DNA of 63,476 nt, counting the filler. It is 3 parts of 3 records of this genome, joined end to end, with 100 filler letters (N's around TTAATTAATTAA, not from the genome) between each part and the next. Parts side by side here need not be neighbours in the genome. Positions count along the whole stretch, not along the records: positions 47,148 to 63,476 come from SRR31156797_9491; 2 more parts are not named here. The stretch is one strand, 5' to 3'. Both the position numbers and the translations under genes were made by a program. Below are positions 61,145-63,476 of this stretch, one piece after another. The notes below the pieces were generated by a model. That model ran no database searches. It was not told where the DNA came from and saw nothing but the letters and a program-made list of their open reading frames with translations. Within the stretch, counting starts at the first letter, position 1. Each line of letters opens with the position of its first letter.

Positions 61145-61842
61145 ATGGTCAAATAGTATTAGGGCAAAGATTGCAGACAATTATTGACTTAGCAAATGAG
61201 GCAGAAACTATTGCTGATATTGGCTGTGATCATGGGAAAGTAGCTATTGCTCTTGCTTTAAAAGGCTCACATGTTATAGCTTCTGATATTTCAGAGCCTT
61301 CACTAAATAAGGCAAGAAGACTTGCTCAGGAATATAATGTTGCTGGGAATGTGGAATTTTTCTGTACTGACGGACTAAAGGTAGTACCGCAGGGTATTGA
61401 CAGTATTATTATATCTGGTATGGGTGAACGACTGATAATAGATATTATTCAAAATGATATAGATATTGCAAAAAGTGCAGCGAATTTGATATTGCTTCCT
61501 ATGGATTCTACATATTTGCTTCGTGAGTATCTGATTAAAACTGGATTTATAATAAATAATGAGAAGTTGTCTTTGGATGAAAATCGACTGTATTGCACAT
61601 TGCGTGTTAACTATGATAAACCATATGCGTTAACTGAAATAGAAAGAATAATCGGACCAAAAATAATTGAAAATAATGATAAATTGTTAAATCTTTATAT
61701 TGATAATGAACTTAAAAAGTGTAATATTAAGTTAAACGGATTAAAGAATGCGAAGAAAATGAATTTTCAATTGATTAATGATGTAAAGGATAAAATACAA
61801 ATACTGAATGAATTAATCGAGAAAAAAGGATTGGAGAAATGA
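61141..61842 (+). CDS. trmK: tRNA (adenine22-N1)-methyltransferase TrmK
   Basis: RL, ADIGCDHG, DGL, ISGMG..LI; upstream of nif3 as in Bacillota. Confidence 0.88.
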   Translation: MNGQIVLGQRLQTIIDLANEAETIADIGCDHGKVAIALALKGSHVIASDISEPSLNKARRLAQEYNVAGNVEFFCTDGLKVVPQGIDSIIISGMGERLIIDIIQNDIDIAKSAANLILLPMDSTYLLREYLIKTGFIINNEKLSLDENRLYCTLRVNYDKPYALTEIERIIGPKIIENNDKLLNLYIDNELKKCNIKLNGLKNAKKMNFQLINDVKDKIQILNELIEKKGLEK

Positions 61843-62612
61843 TGTTAAAAGTTAAAGATATATATGAAATGATAAAAGAATATGCACCTGAAGAATTAGC
61901 AGAAAAATGGGATAATGTTGGATTATTATTAGGTGATGAAAACGCAGAGGTTACCGGTATACTTTTATCACTTGATATGGATATTGAAGCAGTCGATATG
62001 GCTGTCAAAAAAGGTGCTAATTTAATTATTACTCATCATCCAGTAATTTTTTCACCGTTAAAAAATGTTAATTGCAAAAATCCCACATCTAAGGTATTAT
62101 ATTATGCCATCAGTCATGGGATTAACTCAATCAGTGCACATACGAATCTGGATGCAGCAAACTTAGGTGTCTCACAGATTTTGGCAGAGAGAATAGGCTT
62201 GATTAATATTACAGAAGTAAAGAACTGTAATGTAATGAGGGTAGGGGAGCTGCCTGAAGCAGTAAACATGGATAATTTTTTAGAATCTGTAAAGGATAAA
62301 TTAAATATCAGTATTGTTAATACAACAAAATACCATATAGAAACTGTAAAGAAAGTAGCTGTTGTATCCGGCAGTGGAGGCTCATTGATAGAAGAGGCAA
62401 AAGCAACAGACTGCGATGTATACTTTCTTGGTGAGATTAAACATGAGGATGCAGTATATGCAAATATTCTCAATTTATGTGTTGTTGCCGGCGGACATCA
62501 CCAAACAGAGGTTATAATATTGGATAATATTAAAAGCTATTTACAAAACAAGCTGAATGGGGTAAAATTAAATTTAGACGTTTTCGATAATGCTCCGACG
62601 AAATGTGTATAA
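61839..62612 (+). CDS. Nif3-like dinuclear metal centre protein
   Basis: WDNVGL, THHP, HTNLD, GSGG, GHH.TE. Confidence 0.92.
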   Translation: MMLKVKDIYEMIKEYAPEELAEKWDNVGLLLGDENAEVTGILLSLDMDIEAVDMAVKKGANLIITHHPVIFSPLKNVNCKNPTSKVLYYAISHGINSISAHTNLDAANLGVSQILAERIGLINITEVKNCNVMRVGELPEAVNMDNFLESVKDKLNISIVNTTKYHIETVKKVAVVSGSGGSLIEEAKATDCDVYFLGEIKHEDAVYANILNLCVVAGGHHQTEVIILDNIKSYLQNKLNGVKLNLDVFDNAPTKCV

Positions 62613-62637
62613 AGTATAGTATAGTGAGGTATAAAAT

Positions 62638-63351
62638 ATGGAACAGCTTCAAGCGCTGTTAGACTATCAAAAGATTGATATACAAATAAGTAAGATTGAA
62701 TCACAGTTAAAGAAATCACCTCTGTATAAAAAGGTTGTACAAGTGAGAAAATATTTGGTTGATTATCAAAAAAATATGCCAAAATATGAGGCTGAAGTAA
62801 CTGAACTTAGTAAATCAGTTAAATCTCTTAATTCACAGTTTGTGAAGGTTGAAGATCATCTGAAGGATATTGAGGAAGCATTGGCCAATATTGATATCAA
62901 AAGTTCTATTAAAGAAGCTCAGATGCTGATAAAAAACGCAAAACGGGAAAAAGATAATTTGATTAAATTAGAAAAAGATATTGTAAAAGCTCAAAAAAGA
63001 TTATCTAGTTTAGAGGATATATTCCATAAATTCGCAGTTAATGTTCCTAAGTATAAAACTGAGTTTGAATCATTGAAGAAGCAATATGATGATAAGGTAA
63101 AGGAAACTAATGAGAAGACTAAGCCTTTGAAAGAGAAGCTGAAAAAGACTTCTAAAAATATTGACTCTAATGTATTGGCAAAGTATAAATCAGTAAAGAA
63201 AAGTCATCCTATAGCAGTCGTTCGGCTGGATGGGAAAAGATGTCTGGGATGCAACATGGAATTATCCTCTGGTATGGCAAAGCAAGTAGCCCAGAGTGAT
63301 AAACTGATGGCTTGTGAGAACTGCGGCAGACTACTGTACGTTAGAGAATGA
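62638..63351 (+). CDS. Coiled-coil protein with a C4-type zinc ribbon
   Basis: Long coiled coil, then CLGC...CENCGRLL; nif3 neighbour. Confidence 0.85.
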   Translation: MEQLQALLDYQKIDIQISKIESQLKKSPLYKKVVQVRKYLVDYQKNMPKYEAEVTELSKSVKSLNSQFVKVEDHLKDIEEALANIDIKSSIKEAQMLIKNAKREKDNLIKLEKDIVKAQKRLSSLEDIFHKFAVNVPKYKTEFESLKKQYDDKVKETNEKTKPLKEKLKKTSKNIDSNVLAKYKSVKKSHPIAVVRLDGKRCLGCNMELSSGMAKQVAQSDKLMACENCGRLLYVRE

Positions 63352-63370
63352 ATAAAAAATAAATATAAAT

Positions 63371-63476
63371 GAGCAGATCATGTGATCGCTCCAATTAGGA
63401 GAGGAAAGTCCGAGCTCCATAGGGCAAGAGTGCTGGGTAACTCCCAGTGGAGGCGACTCTAAGGAAAGTGCAACAG
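63371..63476 (+). ncRNA. rnpB: RNase P RNA (type A), 5' part, cut by the window end
   Basis: GAGGAAAGTCCGAGCTCCATAGGGCA...GGAAAGTGCAACAG conserved regions. Confidence 0.93.

Overview
The window is three unrelated contigs joined by artificial 100-bp spacers (N44-TTAATTAATTAA-N44 at 31267-31366 and 47048-47147). Contigs 1 (1-31266) and 2 (31367-47047) look like an anaerobic Bacteroidota, probably Marinilabiliales-like: TAnnTTTG promoters, T9SS C-terminal domains, TonB, DUF4783/DUF4837. Contig 1 carries era-der, rlmH, nadC, a cobalamin-riboswitch-controlled btuFCD-type ABC transporter, two Y1/RAYT transposases flanked by REP-like palindromes, and an hfs-type [FeFe]-hydrogenase operon (ferredoxin, PAS-type sensory hydrogenase, PP2C phosphatase, ferredoxin, catalytic hydrogenase) behind a sigma54 activator with three visible enhancer-like sites. 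Contig 2 carries a LytS/LytTR pair, an 11-bp-periodic TTCG array, two paralogous T9SS-secreted HExxH metallopeptidases, pdxJ and nadK. Contig 3 (47148-63476) looks like Bacillota/Clostridia: Shine-Dalgarno sites, sigmaA promoters, trmK. It carries half a tRNA-Met, a membrane protein with a DnaJ-type Zn finger, a corrinoid protein, hom, coaX, panT with a pan-like RNA leader, paaK-iorAB-paaK-ACT, alr, zapA, trmK, nif3 and the start of RNase P RNA. All family assignments come from recognising motifs by eye; no searches were run.
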